This document shows, in pieces, positions 1-9,832 of a DNA stretch of 64,000 bases (the stretch's first letter is position 1; the number at the start of each line of letters is the position of its first letter). The DNA lies in contig CAVWUU010000002.1 of NCBI GenBank assembly GCA_963758295.1, positions 32,001 through 96,000 on the forward strand, read 5' to 3'. The notes beneath the pieces are model-generated. The model was not told the origin of the DNA and ran no database searches. It was given only the letters and a program-made list of their open reading frames with translations. Made by a program: the position numbers and the translations under genes. The stretch comes from Candidatus Eremiobacteria bacterium. GTDB lineage: Bacteria > Vulcanimicrobiota > Vulcanimicrobiia > Vulcanimicrobiales > Vulcanimicrobiaceae.

Positions 1-11
1 ATTCCCTGCGC

Positions 12-362
12 TTACGTTCCGACCGTTATGCTGCCTGAATTCACGGGCTGTTGGCAAACGACGGCATTAGATCCGCCGTTCGAAAAGCTCCAGCAGTACT
101 TATTGCCGGGGGTCAATCCGCCGAAAACGGTTTGCCCTTGAGAATTGGTGGTTTGCGTCGCAATGACGTTCACCGGCGTATTCGTGGAGCTGTTGTAGTC
201 GCTGGACTCGACGACGGAAAGGCCGCCGGTTGGTGTGCCGCCGACGGTAGCGGTTACGGTAACGCTCGTAATGTTCGGTGGGCCGCTGGAACCCGAGCCG
301 CTTCCGCCGCATGCAGCAAGCGCGAATAAACTCGAGACGATAAATGCGAGACGCAACTTCAT
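12..362 (-). CDS. Putative lipoprotein, Ser/Thr-rich beta domain
   Basis: ATG at 362 gives MKLRLAFIVSSLFALAAC (signal peptide and lipobox LAAC), then a GS linker; 116 aa. Confidence 0.75.
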   Translation of the reverse strand: MKLRLAFIVSSLFALAACGGSGSGSSGPPNITSVTVTATVGGTPTGGLSVVESSDYNSSTNTPVNVIATQTTNSQGQTVFGGLTPGNKYCWSFSNGGSNAVVCQQPVNSGSITVGT

Positions 363-500
363 GATCGCTCCTGTCTGGAACCGTACACGGTAGCAACACC
401 ATACGACATGCAGCCACATCGTGCATGATACGAGCGCTTGGTTAGCATTGCTGAAACGCAACCGTCTCCGCGACAGCGGGAGATGGGGTATAAGTCCGGC

Positions 501-827
501 ATGGCGGACGAAATCAAACATGAAGCCGCAGAGAAGTTGGAACAAGCCCCGCGGCAAGCCAAGAGCGATGCGGTCCGCGACGAGATCGGCAGCCTTCCTC
601 CGGCGGAAATAGCGATGCACGCACAAGCAGCAATTGCTAATCTACGATCTTCGAATCCAAACTTGGCGGCAGAGTTGGAAGACCTCATTCGCGTGGGTCA
701 AGTCAATCCCGACGCTCTCAAACGCGCCGTCATCGGCTTCGTCGAAATACACCCGGAAACGATCGCCGAGTTCGCTCCAAAAGTAGCTAAGGGCGTTTCC
801 GAGAGCTTGGACCGTTCGTCATGGTGA
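501..827 (+). CDS. Hypothetical helical protein
   Basis: ORF MADEIKHE...; GGGTAT 9 nt upstream of ATG; stop codon lies inside the first repeat unit. Confidence 0.6.
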   Translation: MADEIKHEAAEKLEQAPRQAKSDAVRDEIGSLPPAEIAMHAQAAIANLRSSNPNLAAELEDLIRVGQVNPDALKRAVIGFVEIHPETIAEFAPKVAKGVSESLDRSSW

Positions 828-1390
828 GCGTGTCGCAGCATTAGCCGTATGTAAATAGTGCTGATATGCGCCCGTCCTTCGACGAGCTCAGGATGACGGG
901 GTGTTCATCGTCATGGTGAGCGTGTCGAACCATTGGCGTATGTGAACAGTGTTGATATGCGCCCGTCCTTCGACGAGCTCAGGATGACGGGGTGTTCATC
1001 GTCATGGTGAGCGTGTCGAACCATTGGCGTATGTAAACAGTGTTGATATGCGCCCGTCCTTCGACGAGCTCAGGATGACGGGGTGTCATCGTCATGGTGA
1101 GCGTGTCGAACCATTGGCGTATGTAAACGGTGCTGATATGCGCCCGTCCTTCGACGAGCTCAGGATGACGGGGTGTTCATCGTCATGGTGAGCGTGTCGA
1201 ACCACCGGCGTATGTGAACAGTGTTGATATGCGCCCGTCCTTCGACGAGCTCAGGATGACGGGGTGTGCCATCGTCATGGTGAGCGTGTCGAACCATTGG
1301 CGTATGTGAACAGTGTTGATATGCGCGCGTCCTTCGACAAGCTCAGGATGACGGGTGTGTTCATCGTCATGGTGAGCGTGTCGAATCACC
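818..1390. repeat. Tandem array of six ~91-bp units plus a partial seventh, REP/BIME-like
   Basis: GTCATGGTGAGCGTGTCG starts at 818, 910, 1001, 1091, 1182, 1274, 1366; each unit also has CCTTCGACGAGCTCAGGATGAC, an imperfect inverted copy. Confidence 0.95.
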
Positions 1391-1403
1391 GGCGCAACTA
1401 GGT

Positions 1404-2783
1404 TTATACCAAGCGCTCGTGGGTCTTGCGCTTCCAGAAGAACTCGTAGTAGCAGAATTGGAGGATGAGGCCGCTACAGAACGCGATCGGGTACCCCATC
1501 CACACACCATCGAGACCGAAGCGGTGCATCAAGAGATACGCTGCCGGAACTTCGACGCCCCAAATCGAGAAGACGCCGATGATCGTGGGCCACAACACGG
1601 TGCCGCTGCTTCGCATGATGCCGCTCAGCACCGATGTGTTGCCGAAGACGGCGTAAGCCCACAGCGTGATCATCAGCAGCGAGTGCGCGATATTCAGCGT
1701 GTGCGTATCGGTGATGAACCAGCCGAGAATAATCCACGACGCCGCGTAACAGATGACGATGATCACGCCGCTAACGATGTAGTTCATCGTCACGGCGGTA
1801 CGGATCACCGCGCCCAAACGATCCTCGCGACGCGCACCGATGAATTGTGCTCCGAAAATCGATCCCGCAATGCCGATCGAGATTGCCGGAAATTGCACGT
1901 AACTTGCAACTTGATTGACCGCACCGTACGCTGCAGTGGCGCTGGACCCATAGCGATTGACGAAGGAAATAACGGCGATCTCTGCGAGCGACACCATGAT
2001 GACTTGCACGCCGGTCGGCACGCCGATGCGCATGACCGTCCACAGAATCTTCGGATCGAAGATCATGTCGCGCGCCATTTCCTTGTCGAATTTCAGCGGG
2101 TGGTTGCGCACCCGCAGCGTTACGAGCATGGCCAAGAGCGATCCGCCCTGCGCGATGAGCGCTGCCCATGCGGCGCTGGCAACGCCGAGGTGCGGCAAGC
2201 CAATCCAGCCTAAGATAAACGCCGGTGTGAACGCCATCGAGAGCACCGTCGCCACGATGAGAAAATAAAACGGCGTGGTGGAATCGCCGGTTCCGCGCAA
2301 AAACGTCGTGTATACGAGGTAGGGGAACAAGATCGGTGATGTCAGGAAAACGATGCGCGCGTAGTGATCCGCTTCGGGCAGAATATTTGCCGGCGTCCCA
2401 AGCGCCTGAAGCATAATCGGTGAAACGAACTCACCGATGATGCCGACGATGATGCCGAGCAATACCGTTGCGCCCAACACCGTGCCCGCAACTTTTTTCA
2501 CCCGGTGCCCGTCTCCCGCGCCATAAGCTTGCCCGATGAGCACCGTGCTGCCGCTGGCGATGCCGACCAAGAACGAAATCAACAGAAAGATGACCGGGAA
2601 AACCGACGACACGGCGGCGAGCGCATCCGTACCGATCAACCGCCCAAGGTAAATGCTGTTGAACGTCTGCGACGCCGATTGCAGAATGTTGCTCAACATC
2701 AACGGCAGTAAGAAAATCGCAAACGTCTGCCATAGCGGCTTTTGCGATTCCGTGATGTGCTGCCGGGGACGCGGTTGAGCCAT
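1404..2783 (-). CDS. MATE family efflux transporter
   Basis: About 12 TM; GTDALAAV, IGQAYGAGD and LRGTGDSTTP MATE motifs; AGGAG RBS upstream. Confidence 0.92.
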   Translation of the reverse strand: MAQPRPRQHITESQKPLWQTFAIFLLPLMLSNILQSASQTFNSIYLGRLIGTDALAAVSSVFPVIFLLISFLVGIASGSTVLIGQAYGAGDGHRVKKVAGTVLGATVLLGIIVGIIGEFVSPIMLQALGTPANILPEADHYARIVFLTSPILFPYLVYTTFLRGTGDSTTPFYFLIVATVLSMAFTPAFILGWIGLPHLGVASAAWAALIAQGGSLLAMLVTLRVRNHPLKFDKEMARDMIFDPKILWTVMRIGVPTGVQVIMVSLAEIAVISFVNRYGSSATAAYGAVNQVASYVQFPAISIGIAGSIFGAQFIGARREDRLGAVIRTAVTMNYIVSGVIIVICYAASWIILGWFITDTHTLNIAHSLLMITLWAYAVFGNTSVLSGIMRSSGTVLWPTIIGVFSIWGVEVPAAYLLMHRFGLDGVWMGYPIAFCSGLILQFCYYEFFWKRKTHERLV

Positions 2784-2887
2784 CCGATCTCCTTTAGAGG
2801 CGCGTCGAAGACGCACCGGGGTATTCTGCCCGCTTTTTGTTGCCGAGCGGATGCAAGCCTGGCTCGGCTTTGCTATGCTGATGCTTC

Positions 2888-3163
2888 ATGCGGCTAGACA
2901 AGTTCATGAAGGTTGCGCGTCTCTCCAAGCGGCGCACCGAAGCGCACGAAGCGCTCGAACACGGACGAATCACCAAGGACGGCAAGGCGCTAAAGCCGGC
3001 GTACCAAGTGAAGCAAGGCGACGTTCTGGAGATCCACTATGCGACGCGGTACGTAACCGTGCGCGTTCGCGAGGTGCCTTTGCGAATGACGCCCGGCGTG
3101 AAGGCCGCCGACCTGTACGAGATTCTCGAAACCCGTAAGGACGATCCATCGGAGTGGATCTGA
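2888..3163 (+). CDS. S4-domain RNA-binding protein (YabO/Hsp15-like)
   Basis: MRLDKFMKVARLSKRRTEA...KPAYQVKQGD. Confidence 0.9.
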   Translation: MRLDKFMKVARLSKRRTEAHEALEHGRITKDGKALKPAYQVKQGDVLEIHYATRYVTVRVREVPLRMTPGVKAADLYEILETRKDDPSEWI

Positions 3164-3167
3164 CGCT

Positions 3168-4058
3168 GTGACCGCTTCCTCGATCTCGGGCGATACGAAA
3201 GACGCGCTTACCCGGGAGCTTCCCGGAGCGCCTCACTGCCGGGCTGCTTTGGCTGCGGGTCTGGCGCTCTACGGGCGTGATGCCGGCGGCGTTCACTTCG
3301 TCACCCACCGCAATTCGATCGCCCGCCTGTTCTGGTCGCTGCTCGAGGAGCGGAAATCGCACCCCATTCAGACTCGCGCCGTGACCCGCCTGGCGCGGCT
3401 GCCAACGTTCGCAATCGCGCTTCCCGAGCGACACCGGGCGATTCCGCCGAAGCCGCCGCATAAGTGCGACCGGGTAATGGAGATTCGTGCTGCGTTTTTG
3501 GCATCCGGCTCGCTCGCGGCCGGCACGCACGGCTACCACCTGGAATTCGTCCTGCCCTCCGTGGAGGTCGCCGACCGGCTGGTGTGGATGCTGCGGAGCA
3601 CCGGACGCACCCCCAAGCGGACGGTGCGTAAACGCCGCGAGGTGCTGTACTTCAAAGACTTCGAGGCCATCGTGGACGTCCTTACGGTCATCGGCGCCTT
3701 TGGGGCGGTCTTGCGGCTCGAGGACGTCCGGGCGCTACGCGAGACGAAAAACCGCATCCACCGCCTCGTCAACACCGAGGCCGCCAACCTGGAACGCGTG
3801 GCCTCGGCCGCCGCGGCCCAGCGGCGCATCATCGAATACCTCGCGAGCGCCTACGGTTTGCCCCAGCTATCCCCGCCGCTGCGCGAAATTGCGGAGCTGC
3901 GCATGGCGCATCCCGACGAGTCGCTTGCCGAACTTGGAGCGCGGTGCAATCCGGCTATCTCCAAGCCCACGGTTAGCAGCCGGCTTGGTTCGCTTGCCCG
4001 CTTGGCGGGCAAACTCAAGGGCGGAAAGGGCACCGGGAGCACGCCCGGTAAACGATAA
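3168..4058 (+). CDS. whiA: DNA-binding protein WhiA
   Basis: RAAFLASGS..YHLEF, RLVNTEAANL and C-terminal HTH (HPDESLAELG..ISKPTV); upstream of gap. Confidence 0.9.
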   Translation: MTASSISGDTKDALTRELPGAPHCRAALAAGLALYGRDAGGVHFVTHRNSIARLFWSLLEERKSHPIQTRAVTRLARLPTFAIALPERHRAIPPKPPHKCDRVMEIRAAFLASGSLAAGTHGYHLEFVLPSVEVADRLVWMLRSTGRTPKRTVRKRREVLYFKDFEAIVDVLTVIGAFGAVLRLEDVRALRETKNRIHRLVNTEAANLERVASAAAAQRRIIEYLASAYGLPQLSPPLREIAELRMAHPDESLAELGARCNPAISKPTVSSRLGSLARLAGKLKGGKGTGSTPGKR

Positions 4059-4091
4059 GCGTTCCACCTTCAAAACTTCACGGAGTTATGC

Positions 4092-5105
4092 ATGCGCATC
4101 GGTATCAACGGCTTTGGCCGCATTGGTAGAAATTTTGCCAAGGCGCTAATGGAGCGCCATCCCGACATTGAAATCGTCGCGGTGAACGATCTCACGAGCG
4201 CCGCGGAATGCGCGCATCTCTTCAAGTACGATAGCAACTACGGTCCCTACGACGGCGACGTCTCGGTTGAAGGCGACACGATCGCGATCGGCAAGCAGCG
4301 CATCAAAGTGCTCGCCGAACGCGACCCGGCGAAGCTTCCGTGGAAAGACCTCGGCGTGGACGTCGTCATCGAGTCGACCGGGCTCTTCACGGACGCCGCG
4401 AAGGCCCGCGCCCATATCGACGGCGGCGGTGCCAAGAAAGTCATCATCTCGGCGCCCGCCAAGGGTGAGGACGTGACGCTGGTTCTCGGCGTTAACGAAA
4501 GCGACTACGACGCCGAAAAGCACAACGTCATCTCGAACGCTTCGTGCACCACGAACTGCCTCGCAACGGCCGTGAAGCCGCTCGTCGACCATCTCGGGTG
4601 GGTCAAGGGCTTCATGACGACGATCCACTCGTACACGAACGATCAGAACATTCTCGATGCGCCGCATAAAGATATCCGCCGTGCCCGTAACGCCGCAACG
4701 AACATCGTTCCCACGAGTTCGGGGGCAGCGAAGGCACTCTACCTGACGATTCCGGAAGTCAAAGGCACGTTCGACGGCTTCGCACTGCGGGTGCCGACGC
4801 CGACCGTTTCGATGGTGTATCTCGTCGCTCAGGTCAAGAAAGAGACGACCAGGGACGAAGTCAACCAAATCCTGCGCAACGAGGCGCAGGGCGCGCTCAA
4901 AGACTACGTGCAGTTCACGGACGAAGAACTGGTTTCCAGCGACTTCAAAGGCTCACCGTACAGCTCGATCATCGATTCAAAGCTCACCCAAGTCAACGGC
5001 GACCTCGTGCAAATCTGCGCGTGGTACGACAACGAATGGGGCTATTCGTGCCGTCTCGGCGATCTCACGGCGATGATTCTGGAAAAGATTCCCGCTACGG
5101 CTTGA
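4092..5105 (+). CDS. gap: Type I glyceraldehyde-3-phosphate dehydrogenase
   Basis: GINGFGRIGR, ASCTTNCL, WYDNEWGYS. Confidence 0.99.
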   Translation: MRIGINGFGRIGRNFAKALMERHPDIEIVAVNDLTSAAECAHLFKYDSNYGPYDGDVSVEGDTIAIGKQRIKVLAERDPAKLPWKDLGVDVVIESTGLFTDAAKARAHIDGGGAKKVIISAPAKGEDVTLVLGVNESDYDAEKHNVISNASCTTNCLATAVKPLVDHLGWVKGFMTTIHSYTNDQNILDAPHKDIRRARNAATNIVPTSSGAAKALYLTIPEVKGTFDGFALRVPTPTVSMVYLVAQVKKETTRDEVNQILRNEAQGALKDYVQFTDEELVSSDFKGSPYSSIIDSKLTQVNGDLVQICAWYDNEWGYSCRLGDLTAMILEKIPATA

Positions 5106-5123
5106 TCGTCGCGCATAGCAACG

Positions 5124-5196
5124 ATGCGCCTGTCTTTCGACGCGCTCAGCATGACGGGTACGCCGCCGACCTGAGCTTATCGAAGGGCAGGCGCAT
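5124..5196. repeat. Inverted pair of the same REP-like unit, forming a long hairpin between gap and pgk
   Basis: Arms ATGCGCCTGTCTTTCGACGCGCTCAG and CTGAGCTTATCGAAGGGCAGGCGCAT, 21/26 complementary; related to the 818-1390 unit. Confidence 0.85.
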
Positions 5197-5227
5197 AAAA
5201 CTTCTTTACTAGGATGATCGCAAAGAC

Positions 5228-6421
5228 ATGAATTTTCGTACGCTCGAAGATCTCGACGTCGCGGGTAAGCGCGTCCTGGTTCGCGAGGACCTCAACGTTC
5301 CGATGAAGGACGGCGCGATCGCCGATTACACTCGCGTCGATGCGGCGATTCCAACGTTGCGCCGGCTGGTGGATCGCCGTGCACGCGTGATCGTGATGTC
5401 GCATCTCGGGCGTCCCGACGGCACGCCAAACGCGAAGTATTCACTGAGGCCCGTCGCAGCGGCGTTATCGGAGCGCTTGAACAAGCCGGTCGCATTCGCA
5501 GCAGATTGCATCGGTGCGACGGCGCGCAAAGCGGTTGAAAGCCTTTGCGACGGCGACGTGCTGCTGCTCGAGAACGTTCGCTTTCACGGCGAAGAAGAAC
5601 GCAACGATCCGGCCTTCGCCCGCGAATTAGCGTCGCTCGGTGATATTTACGTCAACGATGCTTTCGGAACGGCGCATCGCGCGCACGCTTCAACGGAAGG
5701 CATCGCGCATTTCCTTCCGAGCGCGGCCGGCTTTCTGATGCAAGCGGAATTGCACGCTCTAGGCGCCCTTACCGTGTCGCCGCAGAAACCGTACGTGTGC
5801 GTGATCGGCGGCGCAAAGGTCAAAGACAAGGTCGGCGTCTTCACTAACCTGATGGAACGGATCGATGCGTTTTGCATCGGAGGCGGCATGGCAAATACGT
5901 TCTTGCAAGCGCGCGGCACCGATGTCGGCCGCTCGTTGCGCGACGACGATCTTTCGCCGGCTAAAGTGATTCTCGAACTCGCGGCGACCAAGAGCGTTAC
6001 CCTTCATCTGCCGGTCGATGCGGTAGTTTCGAGCTCGTTCGATGCCGATTCTGAAGCGCACGTCGTGGGAATCGAAGACGTGGGCGACACGATGATTCTC
6101 GACATCGGTCCCGCAACGGCGCGAGCATATGCGCAAGTGATCGAAAACGCGAAAACCATTGTCTTCAATGGCCCGATGGGCGTGTACGAGAAACCCGCCT
6201 ACCAAGGCGGCACAAAGGTCGTTGGTCAAGCGATCGCGCGGGCAACTCAGAACGGCGCTACCAGCGTTGTCGGCGGCGGCGACGCCGCCGCGGCAGCGCA
6301 CATGCTTGGCTTCGCCGCAAGCATGACGCACGTTTCTACCGGCGGCGGCGCGACGCTCGAATTTCTCGAAGGCAAGACGCTCCCCGGCGTCGCTGCTCTC
6401 GAAAGCAAGGCGCATGCCTAG
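5228..6421 (+). CDS. pgk: Phosphoglycerate kinase
   Basis: DLNVP, SHLGRP, NDAFGTAHRAHAS, HVSTGGGA. Confidence 0.99.
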   Translation: MNFRTLEDLDVAGKRVLVREDLNVPMKDGAIADYTRVDAAIPTLRRLVDRRARVIVMSHLGRPDGTPNAKYSLRPVAAALSERLNKPVAFAADCIGATARKAVESLCDGDVLLLENVRFHGEEERNDPAFARELASLGDIYVNDAFGTAHRAHASTEGIAHFLPSAAGFLMQAELHALGALTVSPQKPYVCVIGGAKVKDKVGVFTNLMERIDAFCIGGGMANTFLQARGTDVGRSLRDDDLSPAKVILELAATKSVTLHLPVDAVVSSSFDADSEAHVVGIEDVGDTMILDIGPATARAYAQVIENAKTIVFNGPMGVYEKPAYQGGTKVVGQAIARATQNGATSVVGGGDAAAAAHMLGFAASMTHVSTGGGATLEFLEGKTLPGVAALESKAHA

Positions 6422-7163
6422 AACGCTCATCGCGGGTAATTGGAAGATGCACAAGACGGCAGCTGAAACGCTGTCGTTCTTAGATGCCTTCCTTCCGTTG
6501 GCGGCAGACTTTCCCAAAGAGATCGACGTAATGATTGCGCCGCCGTTCACGGCGCTTGCCGCTGCCGGCAAACGTCTGCGCAACGAATCTCGGGTCGCGC
6601 TTGGTGCACAAACGGTTCACTGGGACAAGCAGGGCGCCTATACCGGCGAGATCAGCGCGCCGATGCTGTTGGAACACGGCGTCACCTACACGATTGTGGG
6701 CCATTCGGAACGCCGCGCGTATTTTTCGGAAACGGATCTCACCGTCAACCTAAAAGTGAAGGGCCTTCTGGGCGCCGGCATTACGCCGATCGTTGCGGTC
6801 GGCGAAACGCTTTCGGAGCGGGAAGCCGGACAGACGGACGCGCGGATCCTGTTGCAGATTAGCGAGGGACTGAAAGACCTTAGCGACGAGCAGCTTGGAA
6901 GAGTCGTCATTGCGTACGAACCCATCTGGGCGATCGGTACGGGGGAGAATTGCAAGCCTGACGAGGCCAACCGCGTGATGGGGAAGATTCGCAATACGCT
7001 CGAGGGCCTGCAAGACGTTCCGATTCTTTACGGCGGCAGCATGAAGGCGGACAATGTCGCGGCCTACATGCAAGAAGAACACATCAACGGCGGGCTCGTG
7101 GGCGGTGCATCGCTCGATGCCGCCACTTTTGCAACGCTCGTCGCAAATGCGGCCGTTCGATAA
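6414..7163 (+). CDS. tpiA: Triosephosphate isomerase
   Basis: [27 protein letters not shown]. Confidence 0.99.
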   Translation: MPRTLIAGNWKMHKTAAETLSFLDAFLPLAADFPKEIDVMIAPPFTALAAAGKRLRNESRVALGAQTVHWDKQGAYTGEISAPMLLEHGVTYTIVGHSERRAYFSETDLTVNLKVKGLLGAGITPIVAVGETLSEREAGQTDARILLQISEGLKDLSDEQLGRVVIAYEPIWAIGTGENCKPDEANRVMGKIRNTLEGLQDVPILYGGSMKADNVAAYMQEEHINGGLVGGASLDAATFATLVANAAVR

Positions 7164-7179
7164 TTCAAGGATGACAACG

Positions 7180-8724
7180 ATGTACAAACCGGTAGTTCTT
7201 GCAGTGCTCGACGGATGGGGCTGCAGCGACGAAACGCATGGCAACGCCATTGCCGCGGCAAAACCGGCGCATTGGAACGCGTTCTTCCAACGCTATCCGT
7301 GGACGAAGCTCGAAGCTTCGGGCGAAGACGTGGGCTTACCAAAAGGCATCATGGGCAACAGCGAAGTCGGCCACATGAATCTCGGCAGCGGACGCGTCGT
7401 TCCGCAAGGCGTCGTTGTGATCGACGCCGACATCGCTTCCGGTGACTTTGCGAAGAACGGGACGCTGCAACACTGCATCGAGCACGTGAAACGCACCGGC
7501 GGGACGCTCCACCTCATGGGGTTACTCTCCGACGGTCAAGTTCATAGCTCGATCGTGCATCTTTTCGCGCTGATCGACGCCGCGGTGGCCGCAGACGTTC
7601 CGTTTGCCGTGCACTGTTTCTTGGACGGGCGCGATACGCCGCCGCGGTCGGCGGCTGCGTACCTCGAACAACTCAACGAGAAACTGGACTCGGTTGGGCG
7701 ACCCGGCGCAATCGCCGGCATCTGCGGCCGTTTCTACGCCATGGACCGCGACAAGCGGTGGGAACGCACGCAGGCCGCTTACGACCTGCTCGCGCGTGGA
7801 GAAGCAAAATACCGTACGGCCGATGCGATTTCGGGATTGGACGACGCCTACGCTCGCGATGAATCCGACGAATTCGTCCTTCCAACGATCGTCGGCGAAA
7901 CGCGAGCGGTAAAGGACGGCGACTCCGTCATCTTCTTCAACTTCCGGCCCGATCGCGCGCGGCAAATCACTTCCGCGTTTGATGGCGATGCTGCCGCCGG
8001 CTTCGAAACGAAGAACTATGAAGATCTGATCTTCGCGACGATGACGAAGTATGACGAGACGTATCCGAATCCGGTCCTGTTCGGTCCACGTCCGCAGTTT
8101 GACACGTTCGGCGAAATCGTGGCAAATGCAGGGCTGAAACAGCTGCGTCTTGCGGAAACCGAAAAGTACGCGCACGTCACCTATTTTTTCAATGGCGGGC
8201 GCGAAGAACAGTTTCCGGGTGAAGATCGCAAGCTCATCGCGTCGGATCGCTCGGTGCCGACCTACGATCTTGCACCGGCGATGCGCGCCCGCGAAATTAC
8301 GGAGTACGCCGTCGAATGCATCGGCGAGCGGAAATATGACGTCATCATCATGAACTACGCGAACGCGGATATGGTCGGACACACCGGCAAGTGGGAGCCG
8401 ACGATCGAAAGCGTGCAAATTCTCGATGAGTGTCTTCAGCGGCTCGCAGATGCGGTAATCAAGGCCGGCGGCCTGCTCGCGATCACCGCCGATCATGGCA
8501 ACGCCGAAGAGAAGCTCGATCCCGAAGGCAATCCGCTTACCGCGCACACCACCAACCCCGTGCCGTTCATTCTCGTGGGCGACCGCGACGACGTTAAACT
8601 GCGCGGCGGCGGCAAATTGGGCGACGTCGCGCCGACGCTCCTCACGATCATGGGACTGCCGGTGCCTAAGGCCATGACGGGAAGAAGCCTCCTGGAATCC
8701 GCCGCCGACAGGACGCCCGCGTGA
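7180..8724 (+). CDS. gpmI: 2,3-BPG-independent phosphoglycerate mutase
   Basis: LDGWG, MGNSEVGH, AETEKYAHVTYFFNGG, DMVGHTG, TADHGN; start at 7171 or 7180. Confidence 0.97.
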   Translation: MYKPVVLAVLDGWGCSDETHGNAIAAAKPAHWNAFFQRYPWTKLEASGEDVGLPKGIMGNSEVGHMNLGSGRVVPQGVVVIDADIASGDFAKNGTLQHCIEHVKRTGGTLHLMGLLSDGQVHSSIVHLFALIDAAVAADVPFAVHCFLDGRDTPPRSAAAYLEQLNEKLDSVGRPGAIAGICGRFYAMDRDKRWERTQAAYDLLARGEAKYRTADAISGLDDAYARDESDEFVLPTIVGETRAVKDGDSVIFFNFRPDRARQITSAFDGDAAAGFETKNYEDLIFATMTKYDETYPNPVLFGPRPQFDTFGEIVANAGLKQLRLAETEKYAHVTYFFNGGREEQFPGEDRKLIASDRSVPTYDLAPAMRAREITEYAVECIGERKYDVIIMNYANADMVGHTGKWEPTIESVQILDECLQRLADAVIKAGGLLAITADHGNAEEKLDPEGNPLTAHTTNPVPFILVGDRDDVKLRGGGKLGDVAPTLLTIMGLPVPKAMTGRSLLESAADRTPA

Positions 8725-9534
8725 TCGATCGGCGCGCTCCCAACGATAAACTGCTTGCGCACGACGCTACGCTCGTGCAAGAGGCCGCCGGCGGCCCAAT
8801 CGACATCGGGATCGTCCTCGGCAGCGGACTCTCGTCTTCGCTTCGCGATCGTTTTGCGGCGAAAGCGCTGCCCTACGATAAGCTTCTCGGGTTTCCGGTC
8901 GCGTCGCTGCGCGGCCACGCCGGCGAAGCGCTGGTGGGCACGTGGCAGGGCAAACGCGTCTGCGTCTTCGCCGGTCGCGTGCATTTGTATCAGGGCTTTT
9001 CGCCTCAGCAAGTAACGGTTAACGTTCGCCTGGCGCAAGCCGCCGGCGCTCGCATGATGATCTTGACGAACGCCGCAGGTGGATTGAATCCCGACTTCGA
9101 GCCGGGCGACTTGATGATGCTCAGCGATCATCTCAATCTCACCGGCCGCAATCCGCTTGTGGGCTTGCAGACCGAGAATCCGTTCGTTGACATGATGGAT
9201 TGCTATGCGTCGCGTCTGCGCGATCTGCTGCGATCTGCGGCGAAACCCGAACATCGTCTACGCGAAGGCGTTTATGCCGGTCTGCTAGGCCCGAATTACG
9301 AGACCGTCGCCGAAGGCGCGCTATCTGCGGGTAATCGGCGCCGATGCCGTTGGCATGTCGACCGTTTTGGAAACGATCGTCGCGCGTTTCCTCGGCATGG
9401 GCGTCACCGGGATCTCGCTCATCACCAACATCGTCGGCGCTCCCGAGACTTCTCACGCCGAAGTTACCGAACAAGCCTCGGCACGCGCTTCCCACTTCGC
9501 AGAACTCCTCGAATCTTTCATCGGAAAACTCTAG
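8721..9534 (+). CDS. punA: Purine-nucleoside phosphorylase (+1 frameshift near 9315, probably a sequence error)
   Basis: GIVLGSGL, GRVHLYQG, TNAAGG, GPNYET; shifted frame continues ARYLRVIGADAVGMST...FIGKL* ending at 9534. Confidence 0.88.
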
Positions 9535-9586
9535 TCATCCTGAGCTTGTCGAAGGACAAGCGCATATCAACAACGCTCACGTACCG
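9534..9586 (-). repeat. Single reverse-oriented copy of the 818-1390 repeat unit
   Basis: GTCATCCTGAGCTTGTCGAAGGACAAGCGCATATCAACA matches the reverse complement of the array unit. Confidence 0.85.
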
Positions 9587-9711
9587 CTCCTCATCATAAC
9601 TCACGGCATTCGACCATCGAGACGGGTGTTTTCAGGGAAATCTCATCGGGTTCCGGAGAAGCTTTCAGGTTTGGGCGCGATACTTGAAAGCGTTGATAAG
9701 GAGGACGACCG

Positions 9712-9828
9712 ATGGTGAAACGCGCGAACCGGGCACTGGATGAGATGCGGCTAGCGACGGCGCTGATTTACTTCGTTTTCGTGGGGGCGATCGCGGTGAT
9801 TGCCACGATCGCCTCTCACGTGCTCTGA
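9712..9828 (+). CDS. 38-aa single-TM small protein
   Basis: TAAGGAGG RBS 7 nt before ATG; MVKRANRALDEMRLATALIYFVFVGAIAVIATIASHVL*. Confidence 0.7.
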   Translation: MVKRANRALDEMRLATALIYFVFVGAIAVIATIASHVL

Positions 9829-9832
9829 AGAG

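Noticed and set aside
1183..1389. 68-aa ORF within the repeat array
   Set aside because: It is a translation of the repeat (HPELVEG) with no independent coding evidence.
818..1390. CRISPR array
   Set aside because: The intervening segments are near-identical rather than unique spacers, the period is ~91 bp, and no cas genes are present.
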